Assembly (NCBI GenBank): GCA_008632985.1
Contig: QPGO01000312.1
Coordinates: forward strand, 1-62,268
Direction: 5' to 3'
Length of the DNA stretch: 62,268 nucleotides
Source of the DNA: Psammoneis japonica
Taxonomy: Eukaryota
The stretch's first letter is position 1; every line of letters starts with the position of its first letter. The notes beneath the pieces are model-generated. The model was not told the origin of the DNA, did not search any database, and worked only from the letters and a program-made list of their open reading frames with translations. A program made the translations under genes and the position numbers. Shown here in pieces: positions 36,499-47,404 of this stretch.

Positions 36499-39228
36499 TT
36501 GTCAGTGGCATTAGCTGCATCACTCGGTAGAGCAGTTTTGCCAGGGGGACTTTGTCAGCATGGATGTTGGTCGATTTGGAGTTTTACTTAGCCTGCTCTT
36601 GGATCCTGTTGGGCAAAGTAGCATGTGTAGAAGCAGCAGCAGGGTCGGGGGTGTTGTCATCAGGTGCAGGAATGTTTGCTTGGAAAGCACAAAAACTTTC
36701 ATCTTAATCACAGTCGCATGTTTTGCACAGAGCCTGAAGGGACTTGAAAGAGGGGGCAGAGCAAAAGACACTGACGTTGCCTTTGTTGAGGGGAACTGAC
36801 TGTGCATGTTTCCAGTCCATCCACTCAAGCACAATGTGGTTGTTTGCAGTTGTGGCATGAGTCCCTTCGTGAGTGTGCTCTTGTGGCTTGAGAGCTTGAG
36901 CCAGGTGTTGCAGAGACAGGAGCTGCATTGGCAGGTCAGGAACACAGCAGATGCCAGGGACATGCAAGGTGTGAGTCTTGCCTTTGTCATCTTGGATGTT
37001 CCAATGGACAGTTCTTTTGCAGGAGGTGATCACATTGCCAGATGGAAACAAAATCAGACTTGTTGTTGGTGAAACAATGTGAAGCATGATCATCAACACC
37101 AATGAGGAACGAGTCTGTGTCATAGCTGTGATCATTGTGGGAAGCAGGTTGCTTGGTGTAAGTGGTTGAGGAGCATCCAAGGACTGGGTCAAAGCAGACA
37201 CTGATGCACACAACCTTGTGCATGATGCACCCACCCTGTTTGTGACAAACACATTGGCGTCAACAAGTGGAACGGGTCTTACAGCAAGTCTGTTGTCCTC
37301 TGGCTAAAGGTTTGGGATTAAAGTCAGGACAACAAGGTTGGGCTAAGTCAGACAAGAAGCACAATAGATTGCATGCACTGTGGATCACGTTGACCGTGAT
37401 GGGAGTTACTTTCATCAACATTGATTCCAGAATCTCATTGGCACAGGCCAGGATCACAAAAAGCACAACAAGCAGTGTCATAAAGATCGACTCCAAACCT
37501 GACCACCACCTTCATTCACAGTCAGACTCATTGGACACATCGTTGATGCATGGGTTGGCCATGGAAGCAGACAACATTTTGGATGCAGGTGGCTTGTTGC
37601 CTGGAGGGCAGTTTTGGCTAGCCTTCTGTTTGGCACAGTAGTCCTTGGTTAGGTGCTGGCCCCAACAGCCAGCTCCCATTCCTCTCCCTCAAAGGTCTTG
37701 ACCTTGGACTCTCCTGGCTTCAGTTCAACAGTGCACCAAGCCCATTTTCCTTTGAAATTGGGTTTCTCGCCTTTCTTGCATTTGGTTGCATTTGACGACT
37801 TCCTGGCTTGGCCGGCGTCAGAAGGTTTCTGGTTAGAGGATGACCTTTTGGAAGTCATGCAAAGAGTGATGATCTGCTCGTGTTCCTTGGTTGGGACATT
37901 CCACTCTTTCTTGAGAACAAGGTCTTGGTGCTTCTTCTTGGAACCAATCATGAGTTGCTCATGGGTGATGTCAACTCCATCATCCAGTCATCATTGATTT
38001 TCTTGATGCACTTGGTGAAGTTTTTGTCCACACAGACAGCACCTCCCTTGAAAAGATTTGTGATGAGATCATTGGAGGTCTCACCTCAACTTGATGGGGA
38101 CTTGATCCTGTCCCTTGTGTGCTTGTTGAACACTTTAACATCATGTTTGGCAGTGTCCACCATCTGGGCATCCAGGGCAGCTAGCTCAGAGCGGATGTGA
38201 GAGGCCGCTGCAAGCGCATCAATCTCAGCCTTGGAAAGCAGGGTCTTGAGATACAGTGTGCTGCAATCCTTGTCACCAATGTGGTGCTGCTTGGATTCAT
38301 TGGCCAAAACTTGCTTGGCAGACTTGTCCACGGAGTTGTGCAGGCACAGACACAACTGATGGTTGTTCTGCAACCCACGGTTCTGCTCATTGACACAGGT
38401 GTTGGACACCGTGCGGATCTGTGCCAGTGTGATGTTACCATAGGACGCAAGCATGTTCCGGTTCTGAACTGCAGCTTCTGCAACTCCCTGATTGATGTTG
38501 ATTGTCAGGACATCATTCCAGCCAAAAGCTTTGGACCTTGCACATGGCTCACCAAGCAGCACTTGGACATTTGGCTTTGTGGTGCTGAAAGCAGCAGGTG
38601 GAGGCTCAGCAGCAGTCTTGAAGTCTTCTGCATCACCTTGGTGTCTGTGGTCAAGTAGGGCAGCACATGCTAGAGCAGGAGATCTGTTGAAGTTGCCTGC
38701 TGGAGGATCATTCTGAGCATCAATGAGAGGCTAGATTGCAGCAGGGATGGCAGCAGCAATCACAGCACCAGCAATTTGTTTGGTGTTCACAGTGTCATTT
38801 TGATGGGCATGACGTTGGGCTATGGCTTCTGCAACAATTTTGAACTGTGTCAAATCTCTATCACAGAGGAAGCATGTGGGTATGTGGAGTTTTAGGCCAT
38901 AGAGACTTAAAATGGCATTGACAGACAATCACGTAGTGTTTGGTTTTGCCAACTTCTAAATTGTGAGAAGTGCAATTACACTGCTCCACAATCAACAAGA
39001 ACAGTAAAGAAACAAGAAGTGACCAAAATATGGCTGCACCGAAGGTGACATAGATCATCAGGGGTCAAAGACTTAACACAAACAAGAAGTTTTTGTTAGC
39101 ATAAGAACTGGAACAAAGTGAGCTACATTCTTGATTTGAACCTTGAAATTCTTGATGGGGTTCACGTTGATCGATCTGTGAGTGGCTCAATCATTGATGG
39201 CGGTCACACTCGTCACAGTCATAAGTCA
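36499..39228 (-). mobile_element. Copia family C 5' half (probable LTR ~39069-39228, gag, protease)
   Basis: gag-like FGWNDVLTI..LASYGNITLAQIR; protease IGVDDHASHCFTN..WNIQDDKG..VPDLPMQLLSLQH. LTR bounds tentative (GACTTA/TAAGTC). Confidence 0.72.
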
Positions 39229-42108
39229 TTGTCCCATAGTTTGAGGTACACTGACACATGAATATATGCACAATGTCACAATGCTGTTCCGAGAATTCAT
39301 GAAGATACTTTCAAGAAAGAACTTCAGCATCTTGTTCAGATAAAGGTGTTGAGACCTTGTGGTCCTGCTCAATGGGCGTCTCCTTTGTTGATAATCATTC
39401 CTAAACAGGATCAATGAGTGCGATGGGTGTCCGATTTTTGCATGCTCAACAAGGAGCTAAAAGGTTGATCTATCCTTTGCCAAGGATTCAAGAGATTTTC
39501 AAGAAGAGAAAGGGACACATGCACTTCACCAAGTTGGACTTGTCTATGTTCTACTGTGCGTTGGAGTTGGATGAAGAAACTACGGAGCTGTGTGCTGTTG
39601 TTGATCCTCAAGGCAAATTCCAACATTGTCGGCTCGTGATGGGATTAAAACCGGCTCCAGATGTTGCTCAATTGGTTATTGAGGAAGTGCTAAATGAGTT
39701 GGACATAGATTGCTTTGTTGATGATGTTGGTCTCTTTTCAACCTCTTGGTCTGATCATTTGGCTGTGATCAATGCAGTGTTGCAATGGTGAGATGAGGAC
39801 TGTTCAAAAGTGAATCTGATCAAGTGCAAATGGGCCATTCAGGAAACCAATTTCCTCAGATGTTGGATGACTTCAGAAGGTGCCAAGCCTTAGAAGAAGA
39901 AGGGCAGAGGCAGTGCTTAAGCTTTCTCCTCCTAAGAACAACATGGAACTCAGATCTTTTATTGGAGCCGTCACTTGCTGTCATGACATATGGCCTCTAT
40001 GATTGCATGTTTTGGTGCCATTAATGGAATTGACAGCGAAGCAACATTTTGAATGGATGCCAGCTTGTCAAAAAGCTTTTGAAGAGATCAAGGCCATTGT
40101 GGTGGGTGACACATTACTTGCTTGCCCTGATCATAACCTTCCTTTTCAGATTTATGCAGATGCAAGTGATCATCAGCTTGGTGTGGTTATCACGCAGAAT
40201 GGCAAGCTGATCGCATGTTGGTCCCAAAAACTCAATGTGGCTCAGAAGAACTGTTCCTCTGTGGAAAAGAAAATGCTTGCTGCAGTTCTTTGCTTCAAAG
40301 AGTTCCAATCTATGTCATTGGGAGCTGACATAACAGTCCACATGGATCATAAGAATTTGACTTTCAAAATGCTTAATGCACAACAACTGCTTTGTTGTCA
40401 CCTTTTCCTTGGAGAATTTGGACCTAAATTTGAATGTGTTGAAGGCAAGGAGAACATTCTGGCTGATTTCTTTTCACGATTTCCTCGTGTGGAGAAAACC
40501 ATGGAAGGGAAGAGTTGTTCTAAAGTGGAGTGTAAAGGCACCATTGTTGCTTTCTCTCTTCCTTCAATTGCCAATGCTCCAGAAGACAAGTCGTTGGAAG
40601 AAGGTTTGGGTCCTGAGTTGAGCACTTTATTCTGCACCATTCAAGATCTAGAATTGGTGGATTGCTTTCTGAATTGTCCAAGTCTGGAAGAGATGCATCC
40701 TCTGAATTTTCCTGACATGCAAAGGCTTCAGTTTGAAGATCAAGAGCTGAATTAAGAGCGGCAAAGGAATCCGCTTATAGTTTTCCGACTCGATGCATTG
40801 GTGGAATTCCGTTGATTTGTTGGAGGCCTGAAATCAATGCACAAGAAAATGATTGGAAAATTGCTTTGCCAACCACTTTGTCAGCACCTGTTGTGAGGTG
40901 GTGACATCAAGTCTCAGGGCATTGTGGCACACAGAAGCTCTGCTGCACAATTTGCATGCATTGTCATCATCCGTCGCTGTGACAATTGGTCGAAAATAAT
41001 CATTGTGATACGTGCCAAAGGAGCAAGCTATGGGGAGCTGGATGTGGTCATTTGCCACCAAGAGAATCTCTGTTAGTTCCTTGGGATGAAGTTGCTGTTG
41101 ATTTAATTGGTCCTTGGAAAATGCAAGTACAAGGACAGGAAGTTGAGTTTAATGTGCACTAACTGCAATTGACACTGTTTCTAACCTTGTTGAATTGGTT
41201 TGCATTGTCAAAAAGAATTCAGATCACGTGCAGATGAAGTTTGCTAATTGCTGGCTAGCAAGATGTCCAAGACCAAACCGTTTCATTCATGACAAAGGCA
41301 GTGAATTTATTGGAGAACCATTTCAGATTCTGTTGGCGACAGTGGGAATCAAGGACGTGGAGACCACCACCGGAAATCTTCAAGCCAATGCCATTTGTGA
41401 GAGAATGCATCAAACTGCTGGCAACATTGTAAGAACAATGATTGGAGGACATCCTCCTCACAATATGATGAAAGCTCAGCAGATTGTTGACAATGCATTG
41501 GTCACTGCCATGCACAGTCTGTGATGCACTACATCAAGAGTTTTGGGAATTTCACCCGGAGCTCTAATCTACCAAAGAGACATGTTTCATGATTTACCTC
41601 TCATTGGAGATTTCATTGCCATTCAGAATCATTGACAAGTGTTGATTGATGATAACTTACATCAACAAAATCTCAAAAGACGCTTTTTCAACTATTGTGT
41701 CGGGCAACAAAATTTGATCAAGACAGATGATCCTGCTAAGTTGGAAGCCAGATCTTTTGGCCCTTTTCCTGTCACACAGATTCATGTGAATGGGAATGTC
41801 ACAATGCAAAGAGCACCTCATGTATTTGAATAGATTAACATTTCACGCATTTTGCCACATTGACTTTGGCATGATTAAGTGGATTGCGATTCAAAGCATT
41901 TGCATGAATCGCGGAAGGGAAGAGTGAAGTAAACTTCTGCATCATAATTACGTCAGCAGCTGCAAGATTTGGGAGATTCGAATGACCGGGATTGTTGACA
42001 CCTCGAAGAAATTCTGCGACAGAAACCCGAACACTGTGGCTGTAGTCAATCGTAGCTTTTCCCATAAATTTTAGAAAGTGCTCGTGGACAACTTATCAAG
42101 ACCGTTCA
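39229..42108 (+). mobile_element. Degenerate Gypsy element: RT, RNase H, integrase, PPT and 3' LTR 41925-42108
   Basis: FTKLDLSMFY, CFVDDVG, YADASDHQLG, ENILADFFSR, IHDKGSEF, QANAICERMH, GPFPV. PPT GGAAGGGAAGAG. LTR TGAA...TTCA. Confidence 0.9.
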
Positions 42109-42421
42109 CCGATGGCAGCATTGCCCCCAATGTCTCCCCGGACAATGGCCAACCCAGGTGTCCCCTCATTTACGTGATAATGAGGCCCACCGTGTGATTA
42201 AAATAATCTACGTCGAGAGGGAGAGTTGAGGAATGAAGCCATGTGAATGAGCATTAAGTTCTACGTACATGCATGAAGAGCAGAAAAAAACAGGGTTTGT
42301 GTGTCAGAAAGTGTGCTTTGGTGTTAAGTGGGAGGAAACCGCGAAAGTGGTACCAGCTCCTACGGCACCACTGGTTTTGACCATGCTGATTTCTACTCTG
42401 AGTGTTGCTGGAGTGTACAAG

Positions 42422-43515
42422 AAAAACCAGATCTATTTTTTTAGGTGCTGTCACTCCTTTGCCAGCTGGGCCGGCACCGGCTGACCCACACTCCCAGTAC
42501 ACAGTCAAGTGCGGCAGGAGCTTGCACGGGATCAGCCGGAATGGGCATCACCAGAAGATGACACCCCACCAAGACAACTCAAAAGGAATGATTCACACGA
42601 GGAATTTATTGCATGTTTGTTGATGACAGCCACAGAAGGCACACCACAACTGCAACGGACAATTGCATTCAGATAGGTTTTTAAAATAGTCCACAAAGGG
42701 AGCCTTGAAGGTGAGACGAGCAGGTCGTCGGAGAAAACATTCTTGACACGTAGAAACAATTCTGAGTCTTGCGTAGAAAAGCCGCTGAGAGCAGCAAACC
42801 GAAGACCATCAAATGGCACCACAGGACAACTTGCATTCTTGCTGAAAAGGGCCGCAAAAGAAGCAGCACATTCACCACAAAGAGTGAAGTACTTGATTGC
42901 ACGGCAGAGAAAAGAAGAGAGGTTGAAGACCGATTGGCAGGGATAAAAGTAGTCCAGAGAAGTGACACGTAGACAGTCAGAGGTAACACGTAGAAACAAT
43001 ACCAGATCTTGCGTAGAAAGACCGATGGGAGTAGCAAATCGACGACAATCAAATGACTCCGAAGGACAACCAATGTTCTTGCTGCAAAGGGCCGCAACAG
43101 AAGTGGCACTTGCACCATAAAGAGTGAAGGACTTGATTGCATGGTAAGGAAAAGAAGTAGGGTTGAGAACCGATTCGCAAGGATAAAAGTAGGCCGGGGA
43201 AGTGACATGTAGATCGTCAGCAGCATCTGCAGATCCGCGTAGAATTTGTACCAGAACCTGTGTAGAAAATTTTCTGAAACAACTGAAAATTACGAGAAAT
43301 AACAACCAGCTTACGAACCAAAAGGCCGGGACACTCGTCATTTTCCACTGATGAACTTTGCTCATCATGCTGTAATAAGGATGTACCATTGGTAAACATG
43401 GGCAGAATGGGCTTGTTGGAGCCAAATCAACACCATCTGAGAAGGGCGACATCAGTGCGAGAACTCGCGTAGAAACACATGTAGGAGGTTGCTAGTGGGA
43501 GCTTACGTAAAAGAG
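42422..43515 (-). mobile_element. Non-autonomous retroelement with an Ambal-like LINE 3' tail, copy 2 (complete, 1094 bp)
   Basis: ~16-bp TSD TGCTGGAGTG(TA/CC)CAAG at 42406-42421 and 43516-43531; empty site at 4020-4035. Last ~145 nt align with the LINE 3' end at 57373-57514. Confidence 0.85.
42532..43452 (-). CDS. Unknown-function 306-aa ORF with a hydrophobic segment, carried by the non-autonomous retroelement
   Basis: Open ATG-to-stop. Paralog of 12391-13491 (MSPFSDG..., W..ML/LLF.VIF..KFST, ..STQD...FLRVKN.F.DD, GDAxSG*). Confidence 0.55.
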   Translation of the reverse strand: MSPFSDGVDLAPTSPFCPCLPMVHPYYSMMSKVHQWKMTSVPAFWFVSWLLFLVIFSCFRKFSTQVLVQILRGSADAADDLHVTSPAYFYPCESVLNPTSFPYHAIKSFTLYGASATSVAALCSKNIGCPSESFDCRRFATPIGLSTQDLVLFLRVTSDCLRVTSLDYFYPCQSVFNLSSFLCRAIKYFTLCGECAASFAALFSKNASCPVVPFDGLRFAALSGFSTQDSELFLRVKNVFSDDLLVSPSRLPLWTILKTYLNAIVRCSCGVPSVAVINKHAINSSCESFLLSCLGGVSSSGDAHSG

Positions 43516-46470
43516 TGCTGGAGTGCCCAAGGTTGCAGCATGCATCAGCTGACTGGAGAGGAGTGATGGAGGGGAAAGATCCTTTGTGGAAGAGGGTGCT
43601 TTGTGTTTGCTTGTTGGTGAGGCGGGTGGTGAGACGGTGAAGGTCTGTGGCAAAAGCTGCGGCTTTGTTGTGTAGGAAGTTCATGGTAAAGGTGAATGAG
43701 CCAATGGGTTGGCCAAGGAAGCAGATGCTGAAGGTGATTTTGGGCTTGATGTGTGAGTCGTTGTTGGGAGGAAGGTGAGGGCTTCCAAGAGAGCCTCAGC
43801 ATTGGCGGGTGGGATGCGGTTGATGGGAGAGGTGCCGGTGGTGGATGTGAGAATTTGTGTCTTGGAGGTGTTGAGCTTGATGCAAAATTGGGGGCCACAG
43901 GCAGAAGGTCGCTTGAGAAACCAAGGGAGCTGGGAAAAGGGGAGGAAAATGTGGGCATCATCAATCTATGATGAAATAGCAGATTTGGATCGGGGAGGAA
44001 GCTGGTGAAGTAACTCATCATTAATGGGGGTGAATGTGCGGGCAAGGACGAGGCAGGAGAAGGCGGGGCTGAGGGGACAGCCTTGGGCAAATCCTTCAGG
44101 TTGAGAAAAGGAAGACCATTGCAGTTGATGGTCTTGACACCAGCAAGTGTTGGGGTCTTGGTAAAGTGGGTCAAAAAAAGGCACGATGGCACGGTGTGTT
44201 CATCAGAGGTTGTAAGGGTGTCACGGCAAGCATCCCGAGAGCATTCATTGAAGCAATTGGAAAGGTCAAGAAGGAGGAGAGCTTTTGTGGGTGTGGAGTC
44301 TGGCTGAAAGAAACGTTTGATGTTGGTGCAAGTGGTGTCCACAAGGTGGTTGAGGCCGCCTTTGACACTGCCGACTCTGAATTGGCCAGAGAGAAGGAGG
44401 TTGGTGGCAAAGGTGGCAGCAAGGAGATGCATGACAAGGGGGTGCAGGAAATTCTCCACAGGGCTGTGCCAACACCAATTGGTCAAAGTTTGAAAAGGTT
44501 GGATGAATCCTTGTGTGGGGCAAGGAAACCATTGCATGAAAAAGCAGGTTTGATGGATGTAGGAATGTCTGCTGTGAGGATGAGGTCGAGCAGGCATTTG
44601 AAAGTGAGCAGGTGGGGGTGTGAGGAGGATGTTGGTGCAGAGCTGTGGTGAAGAGCACAGGCCTTGAAAAGGTCAGTGGACTCATCGAAGGCTCTGCACG
44701 CTTTGCCTGGTTGACATTTGGACAATGCTTTTTGAAGGTTGCCGGTGGTGAAATGCAGGGGGGGGAAGCAGATTGGTGGTGTCGGGTGGATGGTGCAGTG
44801 GACAAGCAGGTGTTTGCATGGCAGGCAGAGCTGTTTGACAAGCTCCATGCATTTGGGAGTGAGAGATGCAACAGGAAGGGAGGAGGTGACCCGGGCGTAA
44901 GCGGTGTGAAGGTTGTTGACATTTGCAGCGATTTGAGCGGAATGGACATAGGATGAGTGGTCAAAGTCAGGAGGTTCATCAGACATGCATGGCACGGTGA
45001 AAAGAAATTGAAGATGACTGGTTGGAAGAAAACAACAACTCCTTGCTGCTGTCTAAATGGCAGATGAGTCTCCATGCAGAGACTGTTACAGGAGCCAAAA
45101 GACTGGTGTTGTTGACATCGGTGCTGCTGTCATTGTTCTTGTGAGCCATGTGGCTCGAAAGCAAACTGCATCATGTGTGGCGCATGGAACTAAGAGCACA
45201 CATAATTGAGTGTGACAAACTAAAATCTTGTTCAAATCCTGTCCTTCCCCAGTTTGCTTGAGGGGTCAACAGCAATAGATTTGAGGTCAGATTGGTTGAA
45301 AGCCTCGGGATCAAAGTTCCAAAACATTAGAGGACAAAGGAGGTTCCATGATTCCAAGACTGGACATTAAGTTGTGTCCCATAATCATGTTGTATCTTGA
45401 AGAAGTCATGGAGTCATCGACGCATGCTGTCTTCTCAATCAGTTTGTGTTTATCAAATTCAGGTGGTGAGAATTGACAGCAGGGTGTGCCAGAGGTGTGG
45501 GTTAGCTGGTGCCGGTGTTGCTGGGCAAAGGTGCAACAGCACTTTAAATTATGTTTGGTTTTATTTATCAGTCATAAAGAGACCACCCTTGGTTTCCCAA
45601 GTCTTGGTGATAGATTTTTTACTTCTCAGCTTCTGCTTAAATTTGCACAAAATTATGGTTGAAGATGTTCTGCCATCAGGAAGAACGCACAGTGGCTTAT
45701 TTTTCTCCTTTCTCAAAGAAGCACTCATATGAGCAATGACTGCTGGACTAGCATGGATTACTTTAGCCCTTTTTAGGCTTCCTAATGTCCAGCAATGCAC
45801 AAGACTCCTCAAGCAGAGCCAGTCATTCCTCAGAATCGCCATGCATCATTCTCTTGAATTGGCAGTTTTCCAAACTGAGGGCATCAGAGTCACATTCCTT
45901 GCTCTCATGCTTTGAATTCTTCGTGTTTGAACTTGACTTGATGAAATTGTTGACTGCCTGTTTGATCATGGTGTTCAATTCCTCTTTTGGAGTGGCACTT
46001 TTAGTGCCGCAAAGAGCCACGTGCATTTGCCATTAGTGTGCTGCCATTTCGAGTTGCACTCAGCATTCTCTTGGTGCTCTTTTGCCATTCGTTTGATGAC
46101 CCAGCAGCACAAATCTGTGTTGTGTGAGTGTTCTTCTCTTAACAATTGCACCACTCATCAAACTTAAACCGCTTGTTGCCGGACAGGCAACCTGACAGGA
46201 TTTGAACAGGATTTAGGTGCACGCGGAATGTCGCGCACTATTTAGTCTACCGCGCACAGTTTTGTGTGCTCTTTAGTTCCGTGCGTACGCGCGCGATGTA
46301 GTTTGCTTTCGAGCCACACGGCTCACAAGAATAATAACAGTAGCCCAATTATACCGACTTACACGTCTTTCGGCTCCTGTAATGGTCTCTGAGCGGAGAC
46401 TCATCTGCTATTTAGACAGCAGTAAGGAGTTATTGTTTGAATTCTTGCCATTTGCCTTCAATTTCTTTCA

Positions 46471-46481
46471 GATTAACAGTC
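46471..46481 (+). other. Putative primer-binding site complementary to a tRNA-Asn anticodon arm
   Basis: GATTAACAGTC abuts the 5' LTR; same at 59181-59191 and, on the minus strand, 36250-36260, 35952-35962 and 13672-13682. Confidence 0.65.
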
Positions 46482-47404
46482 TTGCTCATTGTCAACCCAT
46501 TGAGCAACCGCCATCGTCATTGTTGATTTACCGACAACGCTATTTCAATTCTGCGTGGACCTCCGTATATATTCTACGTGTACATCGGCAAGTCTACGCG
46601 CATTCAATACCAGGCATCGGCAGGAATTTAACGTCACCGTCAAGTCTCCTTACCGCTGGATATCTGGATTGATTATACTACCTTTTATCGCTGAAGACAT
46701 ACATTCAACGGTTATATCCAAGTCTATCCTTGATCCTCATCCCTTGATATACCCATTCAACGGTTAACGGTCAAGAACCCTACATATTCAAAGATCTTCG
46801 TCACTGAAGACATATATATATATCTTCACGGCCAAGAACTTGAACCCACTCTTTGGACTACGGCTTTGCTACCACTCTACAAGCACACCGAGTCTATTGT
46901 ACCTGATCTACCCCGGACTACTGGTGCTCTACAGTTCTACTAGGTCCACGAGAACAACTGTGAGAGCAAGTAGCCGTGATTACAGCCTACGTTGGGGCAA
47001 GGGTGTTTTCCCGCGTTTGTTCGTTCGTCCACAGCGCCTAACGCCTAAGTCAACTGGCCAGCCTGATCAGGAAATCCAACCGATATAAAATAAGAACGGT
47101 TCGGGGGTCTTGTCCACCTCTAGTCAGCTTACCTGCAGGGGTTTACAACCCGCTACTCCGCTCGTAAGCAACCCAAAGCGCCACCAGCTGCGGGTTCGGA
47201 CGTGCCGGCACAACTCTACGGACCGGACAGGAAGTTTAGCACTTAACAACGAATGGGATAGCACAGCCCGGCGACTTCTGATTTTAAGATAGTTCAAGAT
47301 TTCAAGTCAAGTCTATTTCAAGTCAAGTCCATTCCCACTCAAGTTTCAAGTCTACCTCCGCGTCCTGACAAGAATCGCTTGCCCTGACACCGTTTTTGTC
47401 TACC

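Larger units (their letters stand above)
42111..45349. repeat. Segmental duplicate of 3720-5855 (TRIM part + CRE RT fragment + Copia B LTR 44998-45244) with an extra 1.1-kb insertion
   Basis: Same element-element junctions in both copies; near identity from about 4610/44100 to 5855/45349. Confidence 0.93.
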
